Positions 1 to 7,972 of a stretch of DNA of 31,048 nt are shown one piece after another; positions within the stretch are counted from its first letter, which is position 1, and every line of letters starts with the position of its first letter. Origin of the DNA: a virus. The position numbers and the translations under genes were made by a program. Under the pieces are notes generated by a model, which saw only the letters and a list, made by a program, of their open reading frames with translations, did no database searches and was not told the DNA's origin. The stretch lies in the UHGV virus genome UHGV-0096129. One strand, written 5' to 3'.

Positions 1-40
1 AAAAGGCTCTGACCTTTCTGAAAAGCCAGAGGGTATGGAA

Positions 41-541
41 ATGACAGTGATGACGCTCAATCTCGTTGAAAAACAGCCAGCAACTATGCGCCGGATAATT
101 GGTAAGCATCTGGCCGTCCCTCGCTGGCAGGAGACATGCGATTATTATAATCAGATGATGGAACGTGAACGGCTAACGGTTTGCTTCCATGCGCAGTTAA
201 AACAGCGTCACGCAACGATGCGTTTTGAAGAAATGAACGACGTCGAACGTGAACGACTGGTATGTGCAATTGATGAATTGCGTGGGGCATTCTCAAAACG
301 CCGTCAGGTTGGCGCAAGTGAGTATGCATATATTAGTTTTTTAACAGTCAGTCAGCGTCGCACTTTATTTATGCACGCACGACTGACAGAAAAAGAATTT
401 AACCAGCCATACTGGCGAATTAATGAAGAATCATGTTACTGGCGTGATGCTTTATTCCGTGCATTACGTGAATTATTCAGTCTGTTTGAGTATGCACCGA
501 CAATTCTGACGTCGGTAAAACCAGAGCAATATCTGCATTAA
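41..541 (+). CDS. B: Replication protein gpB (DnaB helicase loader-like, P2 B homolog)
   Basis: ORF 35-541. I prefer the ATG at 41 because GAGGG at 29-33 lies 7 nt upstream. That gives 166 aa, the length I recall for P2 B. Its position just upstream of the orf80-83/A block fits P2. Confidence 0.75.
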   Translation: MTVMTLNLVEKQPATMRRIIGKHLAVPRWQETCDYYNQMMERERLTVCFHAQLKQRHATMRFEEMNDVERERLVCAIDELRGAFSKRRQVGASEYAYISFLTVSQRRTLFMHARLTEKEFNQPYWRINEESCYWRDALFRALRELFSLFEYAPTILTSVKPEQYLH

Positions 542-604
542 GTAATTAACCAGAGTTTTCAACGCACTTAATTGTGCGGGGCTTCTTTTTGCCTGGAGAA
601 AGTC

Positions 605-829
605 ATGCATACAGTTTCTGAAAATCAGTGCGGTATATACGCATTACTGCTGCAACAGGCCAGAACCGAAGCACAGGCCGACGCTGCGACGCGCTTTTCT
701 TCTCATCTTGACGCCATGATTCGCCACATCACAAAGGCGGAGTTATCCCGCGTGGAGATAGTCGAGCTGCTCAGTCAGGAGTCGGAAAAATTTCACAATA
801 TCGGATTGTCTCGCGGGGAGGTGCTTTGA
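605..829 (+). CDS. Small early protein, P2 orf80-position hypothetical
   Basis: ORF 572-829. The internal ATG at 605 has GGAG 7 nt upstream, so I prefer it to the TTG at 572. The stop overlaps the next start (ATGA-type coupling at 826-829). Confidence 0.6.
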
Positions 830-1131
830 TGTCCTGTTCTCGTTCAGTTGTATTACTGAATAACGCCTTAAAAATCACCGTTATGAAAAATGGCGATTTA
901 TCTCTTATTCAACCTGGTATTGATAAAGAAAAACGCGAAATAACTGAGTCTGTTATCGCGATTTATCAGAACGAATTAAATCTCCTGTCTGATGTGGTCA
1001 ATTTACTTGTTAAACGCGCTGTATTTCACAAGCAAATCTCCTCCGTGGATGAACTGACGAAATTAACGACAGAAATTGCCAGCTATTGCGCTGATGAATT
1101 TAAAAAACTTAACGACAAAAGGAGCTGGTAA
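826..1131 (+). CDS. Small early protein, P2 orf81-position hypothetical
   Basis: 101-aa ORF translationally coupled on both sides (overlaps at 826-829 and at 1131). No recognisable motif. Confidence 0.6.
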
Positions 1132-1355
1132 TGCCGGACAACGTAGATTTTATTCAGGAACAACAGGCTGAATTACTGGAGCGTCAGATTAACGCGGCAA
1201 GGGTAAAACATTGCGGTGCTTCTGCGCTGGTTTGCGAAGAGTGTGACGCGCCAATACCTGCTGCCCGTCGTGCGGCTTATCCGTCAGCCACGCGTTGTGT
1301 TTCCTGCCAGTCAGTCTTTGAAGCAAAAAACAAACATTACCGGAGAACGGCATGA
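1131..1355 (+). CDS. TraR/DksA-family C4 zinc-finger protein (P2 orf82 position)
   Basis: 74 aa with CEEC-x17-CVSC (CEECDAPIPAARRAAYPSATRCVSC), the four-cysteine TraR/DksA-type zinc finger typical of this P2 early ORF. Confidence 0.8.
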   Translation: MPDNVDFIQEQQAELLERQINAARVKHCGASALVCEECDAPIPAARRAAYPSATRCVSCQSVFEAKNKHYRRTA

Positions 1356-1627
1356 GTATTCGTATTGAAATTGGCGAACGTTATGTCGTTACCAGTGACA
1401 GCTTTCAGTTTATTCTCCACGAGAAAAAGAGAGCGGAAAGCGGTAAAAACGCCGGTCAGGAATGGCTGGCGGTGGTTGGTTATTATCCGAAATTAAGCCA
1501 GCTCGTTTCCGGCCTGATGCATCACGATATTCTGACCGGAAGCGCAAAGTCTTTTGCTGATTTAAACGCGCAGGTTGAGCAACTCAGCAGGCGTTGTTCA
1601 GAGGCTTTTGGCTCATATGGCCGTTAA
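1352..1627 (+). CDS. Small early protein, P2 orf83-position hypothetical
   Basis: 91-aa ORF coupled to the upstream gene (overlap 1352-1355). Its 3' end overlaps the gpA start at 1617. Confidence 0.6.
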   Translation: MSIRIEIGERYVVTSDSFQFILHEKKRAESGKNAGQEWLAVVGYYPKLSQLVSGLMHHDILTGSAKSFADLNAQVEQLSRRCSEAFGSYGR

Positions 1628-3902
1628 AGCCTCCGGGCGTTTTGTCCCTCCGTCAGCATTTGCTGCAGGCACCGGTAAGGCGTTTACCGGTGCTTATGCA
1701 TGGAACGCGCCACGCGAGGCCGTCGGGCGCGAAAGACCCCTTACACGTGACGAGATGCGTCAGGTGCAAGGTGTTTTATCCACGATTAACCGCCTGCCTT
1801 ACTTTTTGCGCTCGCTGTTTACTTCACGCTATGACTACATCCGGCGCAATAAAAGCCCGGTGCACGGGTTTTATTTCCTCACATCCACTTTTCAGCGTCG
1901 TTTATGGCCGCGCATTGAGCGTGTGAATCAGCGCCATGAAATGAACACCGACGCATCGTTACTGTTTCTGGCAGAGCGTGACCACTATGCGCGCCTGCCG
2001 GGAATGAATGACAAGGAGCTGAAAAAGTTTGCCGCCCGTATCTCATCGCAGCTTTTCATGATGTATGAGGAACTCAGCGATGCCTGGGTGGATGCGCATG
2101 GCGAAAAAGAATCACTGTTTACGGATGAGGCTCAGGCTCACCTGTATGGTCATGTTGCTGGCGCTGCACGTGCTTTCAATATTTCCCCGCTCTACTGGAA
2201 AAAATACCGTAAAGGACAGATAACCACGAGGCAGGCATATTCTGCCATTGCCCGCCTGTTTAACGATGAGTGGTGGACTCATCAGCTTAAAGGCCAGCGT
2301 ATGCGCTGGCATGAGGCGTTACTGATTGCTGTCGGGGAGGTCAATAAAGACCGTTCTCCTTATGCCAGTAAACATGCCATTCGTGATGTGCGTGCGCGCC
2401 GCCAGGCAAATCTGGAATTTCTTAAATCGTGTGACCTTGAAAACAGGGAAACCGGCGAGCGCATCGACCTTATCAGTAAGGTGATGGGCAGTATTTCTAA
2501 TCCTGAAATTCGCCGGATGGAGCTGATGAACACCATTGCCGGTATTGAACGTTACGCCGCCGCAGAGGGTGATGTGGGGATGTTTATCACGCTGACCGCG
2601 CCGTCAAAGTATCACCCGACACGTCAGGTCGGAAAAGGCGAAAGTAAAACCGTTCAGCTTAATCACGGCTGGAACGATGAGGCATTTAATCCAAAGGATG
2701 CGCAGCGTTATCTCTGCCGTATCTGGAGCCTGATGCGTACGGCATTCAAGGATAATGATTTACAGGTCTACGGTTTGCGTGTCGTCGAGCCACACCACGA
2801 CGGAACGCCGCACTGGCATATGATGCTTTTTTGTAATCCACGCCAGCGTAACCAGATTATCGAAATCATGCGTCGCTATGCGCTCAAAGAGGATGGCGAC
2901 GAAAGAGGAGCCGCGCGAAACCGTTTTCAGGCAAAGCACCTTAACCGGGGCGGTGCTGCGGGATATATCGCGAAATACATTTCAAAAAATATCGACGGCT
3001 ATGCACTGGATGGTCAGCTCGATAACGATACCGGTAAGCCGCTTAAAGATACTGCCGCGGCTGTTACCGCATGGGCGTCAACGTGGCGCATCCCGCAATT
3101 TAAAACGGTTGGACTGCCGACAATGGGGGCTTACCGTGAACTACGCAAATTGCCTCGCGGCGTCAGTATTGCTGATGAGTTTGACGAACGCGTCGAGGCT
3201 GCTCGCGCTGCCGCAGACAGTGGTGATTTTGCGTTGTATATCAGCGCGCAGGGTGGGGCAAATGTCCCGCGCGATTGTCAGACTGTCAGGGTTGCCCGTA
3301 GCCCGTCGGATGACGTTAACGAGTACGAGGAAGAAGTCGAGAGAGTGGTCGGCATTTACGCGCCGCATCTCGGCGCGCGTCATATTCATATCACCAGAAC
3401 GACGGACTGGCGCATTGTGCCGAAAGTTCCGCTCGTTGAGCCTTTGACTTTAAAAAGCGGCATCGCCGCGCCTCGGAGTCCTGTCAATAACTGTGGAAAG
3501 CTCACCGGTGGTGATACTTCGTTACCGGCTCCCACACCTTCTGAGCACGCCGCAGCAGTGCTTAATCTGGTTGATGACGGTGTTATTGAATGGAATGAAC
3601 CGGAGGTCGTGAGGGCGCTCAGGGGAGCATTAAAACACGGCCTGAAAACACCAAATCGTCAACAAAGAAACGGAAGCCCGTTAAAAACACATGAAATTGC
3701 ACCGTCGGCCAGACTGACCCGGTCGGAACGAATGCAAATCACCCGTATCCGCGTTGACCTTGCTCAGAACGGTATCAGGCCTCAGCGATGGGAGCTTGAG
3801 GCGCTGGCGCGTGGAGCGACCGTAAATTATGACGGGAAAAAATTCACGTATCCGGTCGCTGATGAGTGGCCGGGATTCTCAACAGTAATGGAGTGGACAT
3901 AA
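1617..3902 (+). CDS. A: Replication initiation endonuclease gpA (rolling-circle HUH nickase)
   Basis: From the ATG at 1617 the product is 761 aa, the recalled P2 A length. It has the HUH-type metal motif PHWHMMLF and the catalytic tyrosine motif GYIAKYISKN. In P2 the replication origin lies inside the 3' part of this gene; I cannot pin down the nick site here. Confidence 0.95.
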   Translation: MAVKASGRFVPPSAFAAGTGKAFTGAYAWNAPREAVGRERPLTRDEMRQVQGVLSTINRLPYFLRSLFTSRYDYIRRNKSPVHGFYFLTSTFQRRLWPRIERVNQRHEMNTDASLLFLAERDHYARLPGMNDKELKKFAARISSQLFMMYEELSDAWVDAHGEKESLFTDEAQAHLYGHVAGAARAFNISPLYWKKYRKGQITTRQAYSAIARLFNDEWWTHQLKGQRMRWHEALLIAVGEVNKDRSPYASKHAIRDVRARRQANLEFLKSCDLENRETGERIDLISKVMGSISNPEIRRMELMNTIAGIERYAAAEGDVGMFITLTAPSKYHPTRQVGKGESKTVQLNHGWNDEAFNPKDAQRYLCRIWSLMRTAFKDNDLQVYGLRVVEPHHDGTPHWHMMLFCNPRQRNQIIEIMRRYALKEDGDERGAARNRFQAKHLNRGGAAGYIAKYISKNIDGYALDGQLDNDTGKPLKDTAAAVTAWASTWRIPQFKTVGLPTMGAYRELRKLPRGVSIADEFDERVEAARAAADSGDFALYISAQGGANVPRDCQTVRVARSPSDDVNEYEEEVERVVGIYAPHLGARHIHITRTTDWRIVPKVPLVEPLTLKSGIAAPRSPVNNCGKLTGGDTSLPAPTPSEHAAAVLNLVDDGVIEWNEPEVVRALRGALKHGLKTPNRQQRNGSPLKTHEIAPSARLTRSERMQITRIRVDLAQNGIRPQRWELEALARGATVNYDGKKFTYPVADEWPGFSTVMEWT

Positions 3903-4354
3903 TGGCAAAAATTCACGAGGTAAAGCTGCACGCAAAATATTTTGACCTTGTGCTGGAAGGAAAGAAACGCGCAGAGTTTCGGAAAAATGACCGTAATTAT
4001 GAGCGCGGGGACACGTTGATTTTGCATGAATGGGTGCAGGGTGTGTATACGGGGCGAAAGGTTGAAGCCCAGATAACAGATGTTACTGACCTGTCAGACT
4101 GGCTGGAAGATTATGTCTTGCTAAGTATTGAGCGGCTTAATACAGGCGCATGTGAGATTGTGAACTGGAAAGAACTTAGTGAGCGTGGTCTGGTATTCAG
4201 AATTAATCATGAAATTATGCATCAGCTCGGCCTTGCTGTTATGTATGAACCAGAGACGGGGATGTCTGGCGGGGCAATGGTTGCCACGGATGGAGCATGG
4301 AACTATTCAGATGAACAGATTGAGCGTGCACAGCAAAACGGGTGGCTTGGATAA
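3902..4354 (+). CDS. ASCH/DUF3850-like domain protein with a C-terminal extension
   Basis: The start ATG at 3902 overlaps the gpA stop (TAATG). The N-terminus KIHEVKLHAKYFDLVLEGKKRAEFRKNDRNYERGDTLILHEW looks like the DUF3850/ASCH beta-barrel signature seen in phage early regions. The C-terminal ~75 aa are unassigned. Confidence 0.65.
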   Translation: MAKIHEVKLHAKYFDLVLEGKKRAEFRKNDRNYERGDTLILHEWVQGVYTGRKVEAQITDVTDLSDWLEDYVLLSIERLNTGACEIVNWKELSERGLVFRINHEIMHQLGLAVMYEPETGMSGGAMVATDGAWNYSDEQIERAQQNGWLG

Positions 4355-4560
4355 TGCACAGAATACCAGGTGAGATACCGCACCATAAAACTAAAAATAT
4401 CAAGCTGATGGCTATTGTTCAGCGTTTGCAGCAGATTATGGTCAACGAAAATCTGACGCCCGATGAGCTGGTCGGGTGTGCCGAAATAGTCCGGGATAAT
4501 TACGGGCGGTTTAACCATATCGGTCAATCCAGAGTTATGCCACCACCACGCAGACGATAG
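4342..4560 (+). CDS. Possible small hypothetical protein (start uncertain; ATG at 4408 is an alternative)
   Basis: 72-aa ORF with backbone-like composition. No convincing Shine-Dalgarno at either start. It is the last ORF before the composition changes. Confidence 0.3.
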   Translation: MAWIMHRIPGEIPHHKTKNIKLMAIVQRLQQIMVNENLTPDELVGCAEIVRDNYGRFNHIGQSRVMPPPRRR

Positions 4561-4789
4561 AGAACGCCGCCAGTCGTGAAACTTGTTTTCAGGGCTGGCG
4601 GGGTTGAACAACGAGCGAAGCGAGGCGTTAGTTGACAGTAATATTTTTACTGCGTTGGTGCTGTTTTTTGACGGTTGAAAGGAGTTAGCTCGGAGAGCTA
4701 AAGCTAACAACTTACAAATATTCAAAAGTAAGCTTCCTGTTGCTAACATAAGGTCGATTTTTTATGTGGATGATGCAAAAAGGATAGCT

Positions 4790-5521
4790 ATGGATACTGT
4801 AATCGCTTTTCTATCACTCGCTTTTTTCGTTGCTTTTTTCATCGGATTAATCAAACCATCACTGGTGCGGATGCCAAACCGTAAAAGTGCAAGTGCGGTT
4901 TATCTCGGAGGAGGTTTTGTATTGAGCATAATTGGTTCAATACTCTATCCAACAGAAAAAAGCCAGCCAGTTGCTAAAACTGAAACATCAACCGTTGCAG
5001 AACACCAAGTCCAAAAAAAATTCGAATATGGTGGAAAAACACTCAAGGAATATCGGAACGAGCCAAAGAAAACTCGACACGATATTGTGAATAGTTACAT
5101 TGATTTTAAGGAAGTGCCAGTCACCGCATCAGATGCATTTTATGCCTGCATGAGTGAATATACTTTTACCAAAGATGATGAGTTGAAACTCGGTGATGTT
5201 CTTGGATGGTGCTTTAATGATTATGAAAAAGATCCGAAATCACTAAACAATAAAATCAACCTTGATACATTTCAGAGTAATTTTAGCGGTTGGGATGGTT
5301 CTTATCGACCATTGGAAAAGCTAATTAAAGAGAATATGAACGATGATTCATCTTATAAACATGTGTCAACAGTGTATCATTTGGTTTTGAATAAAGATCC
5401 GCACGCCATTGTGAAAACAACATTTCGCGGAACTAATGCTTATGGCGGAGTGGTGAAACAGACCGTTGCGGCGCGCGTCAATGTTCGAACTGGTGAGGTA
5501 ACTTCAATAATTGATAACTAA
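4790..5521 (+). CDS. Two-TM membrane protein with a ~190-aa predicted periplasmic C-terminal domain; function unknown
   Basis: ORF 4766-5521. I prefer the ATG at 4790 (AGGA at 4781-4784, 5-nt spacer), giving 243 aa. There are two hydrophobic helices (VIAFLSLAFFVAFFIGLI and AVYLGGGFVLSIIGSILY). They are separated by a basic loop (KPSLVRMPNRKSAS), which under the positive-inside rule places the C-terminal domain outside the cytoplasm. Confidence 0.7.
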   Translation: MDTVIAFLSLAFFVAFFIGLIKPSLVRMPNRKSASAVYLGGGFVLSIIGSILYPTEKSQPVAKTETSTVAEHQVQKKFEYGGKTLKEYRNEPKKTRHDIVNSYIDFKEVPVTASDAFYACMSEYTFTKDDELKLGDVLGWCFNDYEKDPKSLNNKINLDTFQSNFSGWDGSYRPLEKLIKENMNDDSSYKHVSTVYHLVLNKDPHAIVKTTFRGTNAYGGVVKQTVAARVNVRTGEVTSIIDN

Positions 5522-5545
5522 AGTGAAGGGCTAGGCCATGTTATG

Positions 5546-5574
5546 TTTAAGCCATAATATGGCTTTTTTATGAT
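5546..5574 (+). promoter_or_regulatory. Candidate sigma70 promoter for the 198-aa gene
   Basis: TTTAAG (5546-5551), a 17-nt spacer, then TATGAT (5569-5574), about 30 nt upstream of the ATG at 5604. AT-rich context makes chance matches likely. Confidence 0.25.
5550..5569 (+). terminator. Weak rho-independent terminator candidate after the membrane-protein gene
   Basis: AGCCATAATATGGCT (5-7 bp stem) is followed directly by a T6 run ending at 5569, 29 nt after the stop codon. The stem is short and AT-rich. Confidence 0.35.
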
Positions 5575-5603
5575 TTGGGTAAATTGATAAGGAGTCGATT
5601 TAA

Positions 5604-6200
5604 ATGAATTCAAAAAAAAGGAATAAATACCTCAAGTTAATGTTTGAGTGTAGAAAAAGAATTGAAACGCTACATGATTTAGCATCCGGACATACAGGAG
5701 GACTTTATCTTCAAGTTTTAATAGAAATAGAAGCGTTACAACTCAGAAAGTTATTGGAGCTTATCGCATTTTCATCGTTAATTTCATATGAGGAATCCTA
5801 TAAGACTGTTGCGAAGAGTATTGATGGTGTATGGAAAGCCAAGCGTATTATAAGTGAGTTAGAAAAAATAAATCCAAATTTTTACCCGTTACCTGTATCA
5901 TCATTTACCAATGACGGGTGGAAGAAATTGAAAGGTGGATATTTAACAAAAAAACAATTTATTGCACTGTATGATGAATGTTCAACTCATATTCATGTTA
6001 GAAACCCATACAGGATAAGCGAAAACTCGCTGGCTTTTCATAGAAAAGTACCTTCATACTTAGAGAGAATTGAATGTTTATTATCTAAACATATTGTTTC
6101 ACTTGTAGATGATAGGGAGTTTCTTTTTGTAGAGGTACCTCATTTTGAAGATTCGGCTACCCCTCTAAGAATTAGATGTTTAATTAAAAATAGAGGGTAA
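5604..6200 (+). CDS. Hypothetical cytoplasmic protein, 198 aa, no recognised domain
   Basis: Strong RBS (AAGGAG at 5589-5594, 9-nt spacer). AT-rich codon usage like its neighbours. Predicted mostly helical, with no TM segment or signal peptide. Confidence 0.75.
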   Translation: MNSKKRNKYLKLMFECRKRIETLHDLASGHTGGLYLQVLIEIEALQLRKLLELIAFSSLISYEESYKTVAKSIDGVWKAKRIISELEKINPNFYPLPVSSFTNDGWKKLKGGYLTKKQFIALYDECSTHIHVRNPYRISENSLAFHRKVPSYLERIECLLSKHIVSLVDDREFLFVEVPHFEDSATPLRIRCLIKNRG

Positions 6201-6446
6201 ATTTTTATTATCCCTTAATGATAACTTACATTAGTTATGATAAAAGTTTGATAACGTCAGTAGTGCTGGAGCTGTCCTTCAGCACTGATGGAGTTGAACA
6301 ATGAGCACTTCTGGACGTTATATTAATACTGATATAGTTAGTGGTTTTATTCTAAATTATTAGCGTAGCGCCGAAACTCACTATTTACAATGGTGGGGTA
6401 ACGCTGAAAGAACCGGAGCGTAGATATCTTTTTTTACTGAAAAATT

Positions 6447-6468
6447 GTGGTCAATATTGCTTGACCAC
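6447..6468 (-). terminator. Candidate terminator hairpin downstream of the FRG gene
   Basis: Perfect 8-bp stem GTGGTCAA / TTGACCAC with a 6-nt loop. On the minus strand it is followed by AATTTT, 4 nt, then an A-run. It lies about 150 nt beyond the minus-strand stop at 6617. The U-tract is short. Confidence 0.3.
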
Positions 6469-6616
6469 TATACAGCGTCAGTTCAAACTACAATTAATAA
6501 AGTTAAGGTTCATAGCCTTTTTGAAGGGTACGTATCCAAGAGGCCTGTGCTCACTATGTGGTAAAGAGTCAAAATATCGTTATGTCTGATTCTTACGCAC
6601 AATTGTAATATTTCTT

Positions 6617-7972
6617 TTAAATGTCAGACATATATTTCTTTGCGATTTCAGAAGCTGTCTTTTCTATACTTGGATAAACAGTGCTCTCAGTAATGTTCAA
6701 TTGTGCAAGTTCTTTCAAGATTATTTTTTTATTAACTATGTCAACTCTGTCAAGAGGAAAGTCTTCTGTTGTCTCTGGGAGTACTGCCTCGTGACCAAAT
6801 AATAGAAATGCGCCAGACTGTGATTGAATGCGTTCATTATTTATTCTGGCGCGGATGAATAGTATTTTCCGAAGATCATGCAGGTCTATATTTTTTTTAA
6901 AATATGGTTTTTCAGCTTGAATATGATCTAAAAGTTTATTGAGTAGTTCTTTTGCGTGAGATTTGTCGTTTTCAATTAAGCTTTTTGATATAGTGCTTAA
7001 GATATTGTGTGGCATAAATGCCAGATTGGCTATACAGCTAACAGTATCAGAGTCAAAATATTTGATATTTTTTCTTTCTGTAGGAAACGAGATGACTTGT
7101 CCGGTGTCTTCAGGATCTTCACAGCATGCAAAATATAAAGCAATTAGCGGGTTGGATGTAATATCTAGCAATCTTGTAGGTAAACCATAATGCTGCATTC
7201 TAACTAATTTATCGATCGTAAAATTATCAGATATAAATTCATTAGGCCTTGCTGACAGAATTTCACGAACCATAGATGATTCTGAATCAAGGTGCTTATG
7301 AGTCCCGTTATCATGTTTCCGGAAAAGAGATGGGATAAGTTCATATTTATTTCGTGAATGTCCTCTATAAAAAATTTCAGAGTTTGAATTGTTGGATTTT
7401 TCTATAAAACTGATATATTCCTTTAAGCTCTTTATTTTTCTTATTTTTGATGTTCTTTTGATGTTTCCAATTTTGGAGGTGTTAGAGAGAATTTTTTCAG
7501 TTGTATCGTTTTTGGTTTTATTTAGCTCAAGTTTTAGCAGTGTTTCTCTTAATTTTTTATCTTTAACTGCCCAGTGGGTTCTGCTAAGACCATAAGCACC
7601 TAAGTCTAATATTTCTTTATATTGTTTTATTTCGGGGTTCTTGATTTCGCCAAAATCATGAACGATTTCAAAGTGATAACAAACATCATCATTGTCTATG
7701 TGTAAGTTGCCGACTTTTCCAAGTCTTACTCTTAAATATCTATTTTTGTCACCGTCTTTATCGTATATTTCAGTCATGAAAAGAACAGGTAGCTTAGATA
7801 GAGCGTCTAAAGTTATAGGGCTTACTGGTGTTAATTTTTTATAAAGTAAGGATGGTGTACCTTCTAGCATTCGGGAAAGAGAGAAACTATCTTCCCCATT
7901 TTTAATATTAGGATCCATAGATGGCCATCTATCAAACACAGAGGGCTCACCCCCGATAATGAGATTAAACAT
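6617..7972 (-). CDS. FRG-domain protein with an uncharacterised ~185-aa N-terminal domain
   Basis: 451 aa, with GGAG 7 nt upstream of the ATG. FRG-family signatures are present: FYRGHSRNKYELIPSLFR (res 201-218), MQHYGLPTRLLDITSNPLIALYFAC (res 259-283) and NERIQSQSGAFLLF (res 379-392). A Lys/Arg-rich linker (res ~165-185) precedes the domain. Confidence 0.85.
   Translation of the reverse strand: MFNLIIGGEPSVFDRWPSMDPNIKNGEDSFSLSRMLEGTPSLLYKKLTPVSPITLDALSKLPVLFMTEIYDKDGDKNRYLRVRLGKVGNLHIDNDDVCYHFEIVHDFGEIKNPEIKQYKEILDLGAYGLSRTHWAVKDKKLRETLLKLELNKTKNDTTEKILSNTSKIGNIKRTSKIRKIKSLKEYISFIEKSNNSNSEIFYRGHSRNKYELIPSLFRKHDNGTHKHLDSESSMVREILSARPNEFISDNFTIDKLVRMQHYGLPTRLLDITSNPLIALYFACCEDPEDTGQVISFPTERKNIKYFDSDTVSCIANLAFMPHNILSTISKSLIENDKSHAKELLNKLLDHIQAEKPYFKKNIDLHDLRKILFIRARINNERIQSQSGAFLLFGHEAVLPETTEDFPLDRVDIVNKKIILKELAQLNITESTVYPSIEKTASEIAKKYMSDI

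Noticed and set aside
1594-3447. Alternative-frame ORFs inside gene A (1594-1926, 2112-2312, 2878-3447, 3141-3389)
   Set aside because: They are contained in the gpA reading frame, which carries clear HUH and Tyr motifs. The alternative products are basic, low-complexity sequences.
4303-4749. 148-aa minus-strand ORF spanning the left edge of island 1
   Set aside because: There is no Shine-Dalgarno upstream of its ATG (the upstream minus-strand sequence is ATAAAAAATCGACCTT). It overlaps the 3' end of the ASCH gene and the whole 4342-4560 ORF, and it crosses a compositional boundary. It is probably spurious, though expression data could revive it.
5658-5675. RIETLH (RxxxxH) in the 198-aa orphan as evidence for a HEPN RNase
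   Set aside because: The motif is short and common. It also sits near the extreme N-terminus rather than in the fourth helix where HEPN catalytic motifs occur. It cannot support a call without profile or structure evidence.
6301-6363. 20-codon ORF (MSTSGRYINTDIVSGFILNY) with a good SD in the convergent intergenic region
   Set aside because: It is too short to call as a gene. Its SD-ATG is part of the diverged direct repeat whose other copy has ACG instead of ATG, so it is more likely a relic of a displaced gene start.
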